A stretch of DNA of 63,991 nt, counting the filler, from Ministeria vibrans ATCC 50519 (lineage: Eukaryota > Protista > Filasterea), in NCBI GenBank assembly GCA_943704425.1. It is 7 parts of 7 records of this genome, joined end to end, with 100 filler letters (N's around TTAATTAATTAA, not from the genome) between each part and the next. Parts side by side here need not be neighbours in the genome. Positions count along the whole stretch, not along the records: positions 35,829 to 51,884 come from CALSCP010001062.1; positions 51,985 to 60,573 come from CALSCP010000067.1; 5 more parts are not named here. One strand, given 5' to 3'. This document shows, piece by piece, positions 41,599-58,500 of the stretch. A program made the translations under genes and the position numbers. Numbering within the stretch: the stretch's first letter is position 1; every line of letters starts with the position of its first letter. The notes beneath the pieces are model-generated. The model worked only from the letters and a program-made list of their open reading frames with translations, had not been told where the DNA came from and searched no databases.

Positions 41599-43193
41599 GT
41601 GCGCAGTGGATTGTCAGTACACACTGAGCACAACAAATCGTGCTCAAAAGGGCTCTCATGGCACTCCTCCTCCGCGCGGACCCTTTCCCACTCCCTACGC
41701 TGACAACTTTGACTCATATCCGATGTTTCAAGAAGCTTGTAAGACCAAACAGAGAGTGCGTCAATGAGTGACTGAGTAACAGACCGAGGTGATAGAGACA
41801 GAGACAGAGAATGAGAGAAACAAAGTCATAGAGGGAGAGAAACAAAAGTCATGGAGGGAGAGAAACAAAGTCATAGAGGGAGAGAAGCAAAGTGATGGAG
41901 AGATAGAGAAACAGAGTGATAGAGAGATAGAGAAACAGAGTGATAGAGAGAGGTTGCAGAGATTGACAACTTCATTTTTCATTCCACTTTCAATTTTCCA
42001 GCATACTTTGCGGATCAGGCGGGCACGTTTGAGATCCGCCCGGCAACCGTCGACGTGTCTGCGCACAAAACAGTGATGCGACAGGTGGTGCCTGAGGAAC
42101 CCATTACGTGGCGTAGGGACATTGCTCCGCACTCTGTCATGGGGTCGAACAGGTAAGAGGAAAAAGTCACAGAGAGATGTGAAAGGAGAGAGAAAGAACT
42201 GTAACACACACACTTTGATAATTTTGACACTAGTTGGGCTGATCAGACTGTGACGGTGGATGTGCTTGTTGAGCAGAGCACAGGGGCGGCCATGGTGGGC
42301 GCACGGGCCTCAGGCGATGTGGATAACACACTTGGCGCGTACTTTGTGCTCGGGACAGACGGATGGTCTGTGTCCAACTCCATTCAGAGTATGCACGCCA
42401 AGCAGAGCCTCACAAGTGGCACGGTGCCGAGTTGCAAAGTGAACCAGTGGTACACTATCAAGATTGCCATTGTGGCATCAGAGATGTCCGTGTGGGTCGA
42501 GGGAGCACTGGTCTTGAGCAATTTCACAGTGAGCAAGATCCCGAAGACGGGCTGGGCTTCCATTGGCACTCGTGCGTGGGACTTCGTCCAGGTTTGCTCA
42601 TTGCTGCTATCGTTTTCACAAGTGTGCTAAACTTGTCTGTCTTAGTTTGACAACTTCCGTGTGAGTGCCATTACTCCATCGTGTGCTGCGCCTGCTGTGG
42701 CCCAGCCAGTCAACATGGTGCAGTGCTCAGGTGAGCCCACTAATGCCGTTGGATCGGCACCGGGTGTCGAGTGGGTCTACACGAGCGCACAAGCCTTTGA
42801 AATGAAGACGTCCAATCACTCCCAGTCAGTGCTCTGCCTTGAAACTACCGGCTCGGGCACTATCGCACTGCTCTCCCTTCAACCATGCGATCCGTCTCGC
42901 CCCTCCCAACAATGGTCCATCGACTCCTCTGACAGTACCATTCGTCAGGCGGGCAAGTGTCTTGATGTCGATGCCTTTGGTAGTACCCCGGGAACTCCAG
43001 TCGACCTCTATCAGTGCAATGGCGGTGCAAACCAAGTAAGATTGAATCTTTTTTTTGTATTTTTGATTGTTTTTTTTGACTCCTTTTTTGATCGCGTTTG
43101 CTTTTTTTTTCGTAGCAATTTACTTACGATACGAAGACGGGCCTGCTTTTCTCTGATTTCAATCAACTTTGTGTGGGAGTTTGTATGTCGTAA
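39467..43193 (+). CDS. GALC: Galactocerebrosidase (GH59) with extra C-terminal ricin-B lectin domain
   Basis: Signal peptide; [46 protein letters not shown] (acid/base), KKLWASE (nucleophile), [11 protein letters not shown]; C-terminal QQW...CLDV...[12 protein letters not shown]. Confidence 0.9.
41790..41950. repeat. Diverged copies of the same family in GALC intron
   Basis: gagaaacaaagtcatagaggga / agaaacagagtgatagagaga units. Confidence 0.8.
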
Positions 43194-43417
43194 ACATAAT
43201 AAAAAATCACCCAAAAAATTTGACAATTTTTCTCTCCTGAAAAAAACAGCAACTGACAAAACAAGAGCACTCTTTTGAAGAGATCTTTGCTTACACGTTC
43301 TTGCACACAAATCAATATGGTAGACTGGGACATCTCTCTTGTTTGCTTTTTTCAGTATCATAAAAATGTTTATAGAACAATTGTGTGTAGTTATTAACAA
43401 TAGAAAGAAAACGGGAG

Positions 43418-44720
43418 TTAATTTTCCGTCTCCACCAAACGCGCGACAATAAACCGTTTCAGAAGACCCACAGCAAACGCAGAGTGGATATGGTTCTTAT
43501 CCTCTTCTCCTCGAAACAGTGATGTCACGTCCTTTCCAACACATCGCTCCAAAACAAAACGTCTGCGAAAATTAGGTGATTGGTTTTAATTAGTATACGT
43601 AAAAAAATCTTCACAGGAGCTCTGTTTGAAACTTACCCTCCGGGATGTTGCTCGACAAACGAGGAGATGTCGTAGATTTTACCTGCCAGAATGACAAGTT
43701 TCTTTCCAGCCGCACACTCCGCACTGAGAGTGAGCGCAGTCCATTCCGGAAGAGCCGGTCCGTCCAAATTCGGTCCGTACCTATAAGATGAAAAAAGTAA
43801 GATCTCCTTTGTTTATGTTTGTTTTTTTTCTCGCTCGCTCTTTATCACTTACGCAAGAACATTTTTCTGGCCAGTGACTCTTCCCAGTGCAACTTCAACA
43901 CGACACTTTTCAATTTCCAAGTCGGTTGCAAATTTAAGGTCCCACACAAGTCCCAAATGGTAAAGGGACAGAATGAGCCATTTGGTGGGGTCCCAGTGGT
44001 ACCATTTGATGCCGTTGCGGTAGTCATTGGCAAATGTGTGGTGGTAGTTGTGGAATCCCTAACAAAAGAGAGAGAGAGTACATGTGTAAAAATATGGTCG
44101 GATTGAAAGAATGTGATACAACAGCGTCCAAAAAATTGAAAAATAAAATAAAGTAAAATTTTACCTCTCCCAAAGTAACCAGCGCCGTAATGAGCGAATC
44201 GACCGCAGAGTGCATTTCAGAGTATGTTTGGGTGCCCAGGTAGTGCGCAAGAGAGTTCACAAAAAACCTACAGAAGAAAAAAGGAATGAATAATAGTAAA
44301 CTAAGGGTTAATTTCGTACGTTGACTGATGGACAAAAGTGATTCTGGCAATAACGGCGAAAAAGAAGCCGCCCATGTAGTCATCGAAGAAGTAGCCACAG
44401 AAGAGCCACGGAAGAATCACTCCCGCGATCACAACTAAGCAAAATAGATAAGAAGGAGAAATCGTGAGAAGAAGTGTGATGGTGAACGCTAGAGGTAATA
44501 AAAAGAGATGAAAAACCCGGGCAAGGTAGTGGAACAATAACAATAATAATTATTACACTCATGTCTTACCGAGATGAGGATAATATTTGTGCTGGAAACG
44601 ACAGAGAGGATCGGCTTCGAGATCAGACACATCTGCGTGGGTGCGTGCGTTGGTCTTCCACAGCATCCATCCGATGTGCGCGTGAAAGAATGACCTGAGA
44701 CACCAAAAAGAAAAAATAAT

Positions 44721-44764
<44 letters not shown>

Positions 44765-45941
44765 AATGATCGTATGTTTTTCCGTTTTCGTACTTTGCGA
44801 CTGCGTAAGGATCTTTGGAGGTGTCCTAAATAGAGGGGCGACAAAAATAAAGTGAGTAAGGAAGCTCGTGTTTGCTTATGTCGTTGTTTCGTCTTTTACA
44901 GTGAATTTGTGGTGAGCACTACAAACAAGAAACAAACATAAGTAAATCAGTCTCTCCATTCGAATTATTATTCTGCTCTGAACAAAAAAAAAATTACCGG
45001 TGTTTTTTGGACCACCACTTGCAAGAACCTTGCATTGACATGGCAGCAAAGAGAAGCAGGGCAGCGCGGACGCTCCAGTGCGCCTCAAAGCTCTTGTGGG
45101 AGAACAGACGATGATAACCCGCACTAAACACAAACGAGAAGAAATGAGACCGCGCAGGCATCGCCGCCGCAGCCAGCCGGACCCAAAGTGTGTCTTACGT
45201 GATGCCCCAGCCAGTGAGGAAGTAGAGAACGACGGAAGTGACAATGGTGGGTGTTTTCATGGGAACGAGAAAACACGCAAAGAGCGCAATGAAGGGCGTC
45301 AGAAGCAGGACGGGCCCGACAATCCTGCACAACACAAGACACACAGATGGGGGGAGGGGCGTGAGGCGCGCGGGGGGCCGTGTGAGACGCGTACCGGTCA
45401 AATCGCACTTGCTCATCCAAACTTGCTGGTTTTTCGACGTTTCCGCGTCCTGGGACGTAATACTGACGGTCGAGCGGCACCTACGCATTAGCACAGTGTG
45501 GGTTATAGGTACGAGAAAACGCCATGGCAATTCGTGGCGCAACGGCCGAGTTTGGGATATTGGGACGACCGAAAAGAAAAAGAAAAAAAAAAGTGATCAC
45601 GAGAGATTCGCGAAAAAGGGATTGGTGATCGACATAGACGGTGCAGGAGAGGCGGTTGATCAGCGGAAGGGGTGCGGTGGGGGGAGAGCGAGGCGGATCA
45701 GGGAAGGAGCGCTGATCATGTGTTGAGTGTGAGTGGAAGTCCCAACGACCCAAAAATGTCTCTCCAGAGCCCCAGAGGGCCCGGGGGCAGCGCCACTCGC
45801 TTCCCCGTGGCCACTGAAGGGACGGGTTGGTCGAATGGGGCGCTGCGGCGGCACCAGGGCGGCAGGGGAGCGGACGGGAGACGAAAACTCAACAGCCCAA
45901 CGTACGTTGCTTAATTCGACGGGACGAGAGCGGGGAGCCAT
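43418..45941 (-). CDS. OLE1: Acyl-CoA delta-9 desaturase with fused C-terminal cytochrome b5 (Ole1 type)
   Basis: His boxes GYHRLFSH, HR|AHH, GE|GFHNYHH; VNSLAH; DYRNG...DPTKW; C-terminal IYDISSFVEQHPG...GKDVT...HIHS haem-binding domain. Confidence 0.9.
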
Positions 45942-46206
45942 GCTGGGAGGGGGTGCTGGTGGTGGTGGTGGAGAGTGCGCAGTGGTCAGTACTGTAGACC
46001 CTTCAAGTAAGTAAGAAAAGTTAAATTATTCATTAATGAATAATCGATTGCGATTTGAGACTTTTCGCGTCGATTTCAATCACGTATGAATAAAAATTAA
46101 AAAATCACTGATCAGTGATCACACTTTTTTTTAAAAAAAAATAACAGACTTCTCACTCATCCCCCCTACGCCTCCCCGACACCCCCTACAGTCTTCACTC
46201 TTCAAC

Positions 46207-47829
46207 ATGATCCGTATCCTCTCCAGAAGTACCATTGTTCGCGCCGAAGCGACACTCAAAATGCAAAGATGGTCTCCCGTCCGCTCCTACACCGAGGAAT
46301 GTGCCAAAGAGGACTTCTTAGACACCGCCCAGGACACCGTTTGCGAAACAGACCCTGCGTAAGTGCCCTGATCGCTTTTCTTTGGTTTTTTTTTTCTTTT
46401 TCTCTTATTCTCTCAACCGCAATTCCCATTTCTCGGTCTTCTCTCGTATTCTTCGGCCCTCTGAGTGCCTCCTATGGGCACCCACACCGCCCTGCCGCCT
46501 GCACACTGCCTCTAGCGTGCATTGTCGTCGTAGAATTAAGCGCACAGTCGTTTTGTTGTTGTTGTTGTGATCGAATCACGCAAGTCTCCGAAAACACACT
46601 CCCACCCATCCGTTTCCTTCCAAAAGGCCCTGCGCATCATCTCCATCCCTTATGTCTATTGTAGCCGTATCAAGCGCTCCCCGTTCGTCCTTTTTACGTT
46701 TTTTCACGTGAACTTGCGCTTTTTTTTTTCCCGAACTCTCTCTCTCTCTCTTTCTCTTTCTCTCTCACTCACTCACTCTTGTGCGCCCATGCGCCCCAGC
46801 GCCTGTTCCTACCATCTTCCCCATGCCTGGCTCCGCCCATTGCGTGTGTGTGTCAATTTGTTGCGCAATTTTCCATTTTTTTGCCTAACCCCATTTTTGC
46901 TTGCCTCCTCTCTTACACTGCATGTGCGCTCCAGCGTGCATCTGTGAGTGAATTCTATCCGTTGATGAATTGCGCTGTGTCGTACAGGTCCAATATTGGA
47001 AGTTGAAAAAAAAAACGCGTTTTGAACTCCCGTGTTGATCTCGTTGGAATGCGACCTTGCTGCACTGCGCACGGGTGACTACAACCGTAGTTGCATGATT
47101 TGTACAGTGAAAATACGTCAAATAATCAACGCGATGGCGACAAGTTCACATGTTGTGCAGTTGTGTGTCAACACAACACACTGTGCTTTGCTCTGTCGCC
47201 AAGTTCACATGTTGTGCAGTTGTGTATCAACACAACACACTGTGTGTGTGTGTGTGTTCTGACTCATGTACTGTCGCTCCATTCCGACAAGTTCGCTTGT
47301 TGTGCAGTTGTGTATCTGTGCTTTCTGGCTCGTGCACTGTCGCTCCATTGCGACAAGTTCGCTTGTTGTGCAATGTTCGTGCATTGTCGCTCCATTCCGA
47401 CAAGTTCACATGTTGTGCAGTTGTGTTTCTGTTCATGCACTCTCGCTCCATTCCGACAAGTTCGCTTGCTGTGTGTATGTTCGTACATTGTCGCTTTATT
47501 GCGACAAGTTCACATGTTGTGCAGCTGTGTGTCAACACAACACTGTGCTTTTCTGGCTCGTATGCCACAACTTCCAAATGTCTTCCTATTTCTTATTCGC
47601 CGTGTCACCATCGCACACGTTGTGTTTTTTTTTTCTAACTTGTTGTTTGTTGTTTAGCAAAATGACCAAAATTGCGGTGGAGACAGAAGACGAAGGAGTT
47701 CGATTCACGCGCAACGCAGACGGCGAACTGGTGGCAGTGCGAGTCGAGAAGAAACTGACCATTGACGATGACATTCCGCCGGCGCCCACGACCGACTCGG
47801 CCACAGAAGACCAACACTGCGGAATGTGA
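46207..47829 (+). CDS. Small hypothetical protein (about 107 aa), possible mitochondrial presequence
   Basis: Exon 46207-46358 (MIRILSRSTIVRA...) ends at GTAAGT in phase 2, compatible with the acceptor at 47657 and exon KMTKIAVETEDEG...QHCGM*. Internal exons cannot be excluded. Confidence 0.4.
47137..47555. repeat. Degenerate tandem array, 7 copies of core (TGTCGCTCCATT)SCGACAAGTTC(ACA/GCT)TGTTGTGCAG
   Basis: CAAGTTC anchors at 47141, 47200, 47288, 47354, 47401, 47457 and 47505 (spacing 47-88 nt), inside the long intron of the small gene. Confidence 0.9.
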
Positions 47830-48141
47830 GAGGGACAAAAACCCCCACACACAAAAAGCCATCAACAACAAAACTAAAATGCCAAGAGCCGCAACTGAAA
47901 CCTCTTTCGTTCTTTCGATACACACTATATTATATGATTAATTCATCCTTATAATTTGGTTTATTATCTCTCTCTCATATACTTTTTTTCCTATTTTATT
48001 CCACTCTATATCAAATCTCTCCTCTCCCCGAAAAAAAGCTAAAACCTCTACAAAGAAAAAATTCTCTCTGACTATAAATCTCTCTTTATCGCTTGGGTCT
48101 CGCTCGTGCACCCTAAACGTCACTGTATGTGCGTGTGTGGA

Positions 48142-51737
<3,596 letters not shown>

Positions 51738-51836
51738 CTAAAAAACGCACACACACTGTCAGTCTCCCCTCTTGCTCTCTCTCCTGAAGCCTCTATTTGT
51801 TTCTTTCTCCCTCCTTTCTCTCTCTCTATCACTTTG

Positions 51837-51884
<48 letters not shown>

Positions 51885-51984
51885 NNNNNNNNNNNNNNNN
51901 NNNNNNNNNNNNNNNNNNNNNNNNNNNNTTAATTAATTAANNNNNNNNNNNNNNNNNNNNNNNNNNNNNNNNNNNNNNNNNNNN

Positions 51985-52140
<156 letters not shown>

Positions 52141-52201
52141 CATAAATGGGTTGTATACTTCTTCTCATAATTATGTACACACACAATCGTGTATAACGTA
52201 C

Positions 52202-54585
52202 CGGCCGAACCATATGCAACGCAGTTGGAATTGGCCGGGTTGAACGCAACGGAGCACACATTGGCTTTGCTCACGAGCGACATGACAGAGTGCGCTTCAT
52301 TGGTAGACCAGATTTTCACTATCACAAAACAGAACCAACAATAATATTTTGAATCAATTTCAATATTATTGGGTATTGTGGCGGGAAAAACATATTAAAA
52401 TAAATCTACACACCTTTGCAATCGTCACTGCCAGAGGCCAAGCGAGTCGGCTCACTGCGCGCAAAATCAACACTCCACGCGCGCTTCTCGTGCTCGTCAA
52501 ACTGTGTGATGTTCTGGCCTGTGTACGCATCCCACAGCGTAATGCATCCATCGTAGTCGCTCGACGCAATGTGCGTCTTGATGTACTTATTCCAACTCAG
52601 ACAGCTACAACACCAACAACATTATGCATATGCACACTCAGTACAACCATTACGATATTTTTTCAAAAAAAAAACTTCCCCACTCCACCCTGACCTAATT
52701 TTGGAGGCGCACACCATCTCGTGAATGGGAAAGAGCACATCGGGCTTCTCGTTGAGGACACTGCCGTACTCAAAAATCTTAATCTTGCGCGTCACTCCCG
52801 ACGTCGCAAAGTATTCCTCTTTGCGGTCAAACTCGATACTACGTGCGCAAAAGATAGTTCAGGGATTACACAAGTGTAACTGCGCGTGTGTGTGTGACCG
52901 CGTGTTAAGCATAGTATTGTATCCATGTTGCCAAGCAATAAAGCTCACCTAGACACAATACTCGTGGTGTTTGCAAGGTCGTTGTAGCGCAGTGAAGCTA
53001 TAAGCTGAAAGCGACTAAAGCGAGTAAAGCTCGTGAGACTCTTGCGGAAGAGTGTGAGCGACGAAGGAGGCGCTGATGAGCCCAGCATCGACTCGGTCCT
53101 CGACGAGCCTATATTGGCAAAACCATTAAATACGTGGAGGTTAACAAAATAGACGTACGTTGAAGGCCATCGTTGCGGCGATGAGTGTCAAAGTAGCACT
53201 GAAGAAGATCATCAAAGTGCGAGTGAACACGGCGCTTCTTGACGGAAACTCGGTCCACCGACGGCGGTGGCGACGCGGCACTGGTAGATGATGGATCGTC
53301 CAAGAGGTCACTACAGAGAACCATAAATTAATATTGAATGAGATAGATATGCAGAGAAAGAGCAACAAAGAATTATATGAATTATTATTCTTGGTTTTGT
53401 CTTTGCTTATATATATATTTGTGTGTGTTACGTTGTGTCAGAGCGTTGCAGTGGAAAGAGCTCTTGCTCACTGGAGGGGATGAAACGACGACGTTTCGCC
53501 TGCGGTGACTCGCTTGTCGCAGTGACTGAAGTGGTACCATTTGCAGCGATGGTAGTGGTGTCAGGAGTGATTGTATCAAGCACTGCAAGGTCCTCATCGA
53601 GTGACTTGATCTCGCTCGACAAATGCATCAGTTGCTGTGCAATCGAATGCAAGAGCCGACACGCGTTAAACACTCCCCTTTATCGAATCAAAATATACCT
53701 GTTCTTTCTGTTCGCGGGCATGTACCAAAAAATCCCGCAGTACCTCAGCCTCCACCAAACATTCACTTTCCTCCAACTGAGTAAGCCACAAACAAAACAA
53801 AAAGAAATAAACAAAAAAAACAAAAAAAACAAAAAAAAAAAAAACTCCACCAAAATTGCTTGATTCCCACCTTCCGCTTCTTCGCCACCAGCGCGCCCAT
53901 CAGATCATCAATCTCACGCGGCGTCATATCGGACTCTGTAATAATGGTACTGTGCATGCGCACAAGCGGCGACTGTGTCGGTGTGTTCTACATCAGCCAG
54001 TGGGGTCAGTGCAGTCCAGACGAATACAAAACGCTATGTTGTCCGTTGGTTCACCTGCATCCGTTTTGCGACATCTTCGTGGCGAGTGAGGATCTGGTTG
54101 AGTGCAAAGTTGGGAAACACACTCTCGCGATCGGCGGGCATGTTGCAGGTGGGACAGTCTTTGCGAACGGTGTCAAAGTGCTGCGTGAGACAGACAAAGC
54201 AGAAGGTATGGCCGCAGCGCGTCATAAACGCCTCACGAATGCGGTCGTGGCATATCGGACAGCGCACGTCGCGGTCCTGCAGCAGACTGGCCATGGTAGG
54301 CGTGTGCGGCACAATCATCGCGGACGACGCGGGGGTGGCGACGGGAGCGGGGCGGGTCGTGGTTGCGTCGCCGTTTGGTGTGGTCGCCTCAACGCGCCCC
54401 GTCTGCTTCGACGACGCCTTCTCCGCCACCGGCGACCCCGCCGTCGTCGCTCGAGTTCGACTCGCTCGTCCGACTGCGGCGCTGGCAGCCGCCGAAGAGC
54501 CTGTGGATGTCTTCGTGTCGATACCACTCGCTGTCGACGCACTTGCGCGCGTTGCTCGCGCCGACCGCTCCTCTCGCTCCGACAT
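52202..54585 (-). CDS. COP1: E3 ubiquitin ligase COP1 (RING, coiled coil, WD40); 3' end lost in gap
   Basis: [24 protein letters not shown]...CPTC...FPNFALN; [17 protein letters not shown]; [25 protein letters not shown]; [11 protein letters not shown]; [13 protein letters not shown]; KANVCSV. Confidence 0.93.
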
Positions 54586-54721
54586 TGCAAAGAGAGACAA
54601 AAAAAAATTGAATCAAGATCGTGTGATCGTCTCTCTCTGCTCTCAAGAATGAAGAACTGCGACTGAGTGTGATTAGTTTCACAACTATATTTTTTTTTTC
54701 TAGACTTTTTACTGTTTTACA

Positions 54722-55509
54722 ATGTTTTCCTTTTACGTCAACGGCCAAAGTACGCAACCGCTGGCTGTGCACTTGGCATGCTGACCTCACCCTTGTTTTC
54801 TCTTCCTACAGGTTACACGGTGACGACGCCTCAAGCGCCCGAACTCACTCTGTTGGAGTACCTTCGAACCGACGGTACGCAGCCAAGAAAAAAAATGGAT
54901 TGCTCTCATTCTGCCTCACCTCGACTGCACCTGCTTCCTCTATGTGCTCAGTGGGGTTGACTGGGTCGAAGCTAGGCTGTGGCGAAGGGGGGTGCGGCGC
55001 GTGCACCGTCATGCTCTCCCGCGTTCACATTGTCACTCGAAAAATTGTGCACCTTGCCGTCAATGCGTGTCTCTTTCCGCTGTGCGAGGCTGCCAACACC
55101 CACAGTAAGCTGTGCCACCGAGCCGCGTGCCCTTTGCGCGTCTCTGTGACTTGGTCTGTCTCACCCACTTGTCCTTTGTGTGTCTTTTGTCTGCGACAGT
55201 CACCACCATTGAAGGGCTGGGCTCGACACGAACGCGTCTTCATGAGCTGCAGAGCGCAGTCGCTGAGAAGCACGGCTCGCAGTGCGGCTTTTGCACTCCG
55301 GGCATCATCATGTCTGCCTACGTTCTCTATCGCAACACCAAGGAGACGGGCGCCAGCCGCGAACAGCTCGACGAAGCCATCGAGGGAAACCTCTGTCGTT
55401 GCACCGGCTACCGCCCAATTCTCGAAGCGCTTGCCCCTCTTCTCACCCGCGCACACGACGATTCTCTCAAAATAGAGTATATTCACCTCCCTTCCTTCTT
55501 CTCCCTTCC

Positions 55510-55542
<33 letters not shown>

Positions 55543-58500
55543 AAAGAAACCTAAACACCGCCTTTTTTTGTGTTTGTTGTAGGGACGAAGTGGCCACGGT
55601 GCAACACACATGCGGCGATAAGTGTGACAAGGAGGCGAGTGGCTGTCCATGCATGTCGCTTCTCGTGCTACCGTGTGCGAAAGGCGACGCATGTTGCCGC
55701 AATAAACCGCAGGTGACACACAGCAGCAACAGCAGCACTGTGACTTCTTCGATTCTGTCCTCGGCTCAGCAAGCCATTTTCCCACCTTCGCTGCTCTCCG
55801 ACTTGTCCTATCTCGACACCGAGTTGCACGTGAGAGGTGCGCGTGTCTCTTGGCATCGACCCACAACGCTCGAGCGCCTCTTTGAGATTCGCCGTGAATT
55901 CCCCTCAGCGCGCTGTGTGGCTGGTAGCTCCGAGGTGGGTGTTGAACTGCGCCACGATCGGGCACAACGAAGTGTGCTCATCTCGACAACGTACGTGCGC
56001 GAGCTGCAAGAGCACCAGGTTGAAGCGGACGCTCTTGTCGTGGGTGCTTCAACCACCGTGTCCGACTTGCAGACAGATCTCAAGGCGGTCCTGCGCACTC
56101 GACCAGCTTGCGAGACACAGACGGTACAAGCCGTGCTCGACGCAACGCGCGTCTTTGCCGGCAAACAAATCCGCAACACAGCTGTGATTGCGGGCAATCT
56201 GGCGACGGCAAGCCCTATCTCGGACCTCTCGCCCGTCTGGCTGGCCGGTCGCTGTTCCATTATTCTGCGCTCCGACGAGGGTGTCACGCGCTCCGTGCCC
56301 GCCTCCGAATTTTTTGTCGGCTATCGACGCACCTCTGTCGCGCCCAACGAGATCATTCTTGCCGTGCGCCTTCCTATGACACGCGACCACGAGCACGTTG
56401 CGTTTTACAAGCAAGCACGCCGCCACGACGACGATATTGCCATTGTGAATGCGGCGCTGCACGTCGAACTCAACGACGACGCGGAGCATACGGTGCGCGA
56501 GTGCACTTTTGCCTACGGGGGTGCTGCCGCCATGGTCAAAGTTGCTGTCAAGACATGCGAGGCGTTGCGTGGCATCCCCTGGTCCGTTGATGCTGTCATG
56601 GCCGTGTGCAAGCAGTGGCTGCCCCAAGATTTACCCATTGGTGACGATGCACCCGGTGGCATGGGTCGCTATCGCTCGGCACTGTTGCTCTCCTTCGTGC
56701 GCAAGTTCATTCCGGCCGTTCGGCTTGCCGAAGGTCTCGACGTTCCGGAGCGCGAACGTTCCGCCGCGCTTGCCACCTTTTCACATGTCGCCTCGAGCGG
56801 CACGCAAGACTACCGTGACGCTCAGGCGTCCGCCACGGTACATGTCGGCGAGCCTGTGGCGCACCTCAGTGCGCGCCAGCAGTGCACGGGCGAGGCGGTG
56901 TACGTCGATGACATGGCACCACGCGCCAACGAATTGCACGCGGCACTCGTAACCACTACCCAGGCGAACGCGACCATTCTGAGCGTGGACGCGAGCGCCG
57001 CCGAGACCATGCCGGGCGTCCGGGCGTTCGTGAGCGCGCCGGACGTGCCCGGCCACAACGCCTGGGCCAGCGACGAAGAGGTGTTTGTGACGCGCGACGT
57101 GCGTTTCTACGGTCAAGTGGTGGGTCTTGTCGTGGCCGACAGCCAGGCGCAGGCCAAGGAGGCGGCGCGCGCCGTTAAAATCGAGTATGACCTTGAGTCG
57201 GTGTCGGCCCCAAGTGTTTTCTCGATTGAGCAGGCCATTGCTGCTGAGTCCTTTTTCGACGGTACCCTGCGCCAACTGCGCACCGGCGACTGTGCGGGTA
57301 TGCTGGCGAGTGGCAAGCACGGACGCCTTGCGGGCGAGATTCACCTGGGAGGTCAGGAACATTTTTATCTCGAGACACAAGCGACGGTGGCGGTGCCGCA
57401 CGGCGAAGATGGCGGTGTGGAGCTGTTGTGCTCGACACAGGCGCCGACAGCGACGCAGATGTCGACAGCACGTGTCCTTGGCGTTGCCGCGAACAAGGTC
57501 ACATGTCGCGTGAAGCGTCTCGGTGGTGGATTTGGCGGCAAGGAATCGCGCAATGTGCCTCTGACAGCGGCGACCGCTGTGGCCGCTGTGCGTCTCAATC
57601 GTCCGGTGCGTCTCACGCTCGATCGTGACATTGACATGGCCGTGACGGGTCAACGCCATCCGTTTTATGGGCGCTACGACGTTGCCTATGACGAAGAGAC
57701 GGGTCGCATTGTCGCGCTCGACTTGGACATGTACAGCAACGGTGGCTTCTCGCTTGACCTGTCGCCCGCCGTGCTTGAGCGTGCCATGTTCAGCTTTGAC
57801 AATTGCTATCACATTGAGCATCTGAATGTGCGCGGTCGCGTCTGTCGCACCAATCTTCACTCGTTCACTGCCTTTCGCGGCTTTGGCGGACCCCAAGGAA
57901 TGCTGATTGGTGAGGCAGTACTCACAGCGGTGGCGCGCAAGCTCGGACGTGACCCCATGGCAGTGCGACTGGCCAATCTGTACCGCGAGGGCGACGAAAC
58001 TCCCTTTGGCATGCGACTGGAGCATTTTCGTGTGCCTGCGCTCGTTGACGAAGTGCGTGCACGCTGTGACTACGAGGAGCGACGTGCCGCGGCGCAAGCG
58101 TTCAACCGCCAAAACCGCTATCGAAAGCGTGGCGTCGCCTTTGTGCCCGTCAAGTTTGGCATTTCATTTACGGTGCGCTTTCTCAACCAGGCTGGGGCAC
58201 TCGTGCAGGTGTATACAGACGGCTCGGTGCTGCTTACGCACGGTGGCTGTGAGATGGGTCAGGGGCTGCACACAAAGGTGGTGCAGGTGGCGGCGGACGC
58301 ACTTGGGGTACCATTGGAGACAGTCCATGTGAACGAGACGAGCACCGCAACTGTGCCAAACACTTCACCGACGGCCGCGAGCACGGGCAGCGACCTCAAC
58401 GGCATGGCCGTGCTAGATGCGTGTCAACAAATTCGCGCGCGCCTGGCGCCTTACAGTGCGCCTGCAGCAGACGGCACGGTGCCCTCGTTTCACGATGCGG

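Noticed and set aside
47137-47555. CRISPR array
   Set aside because: Eukaryotic intron, repeats degenerate, spacers similar to each other and uneven in length, no cas genes.
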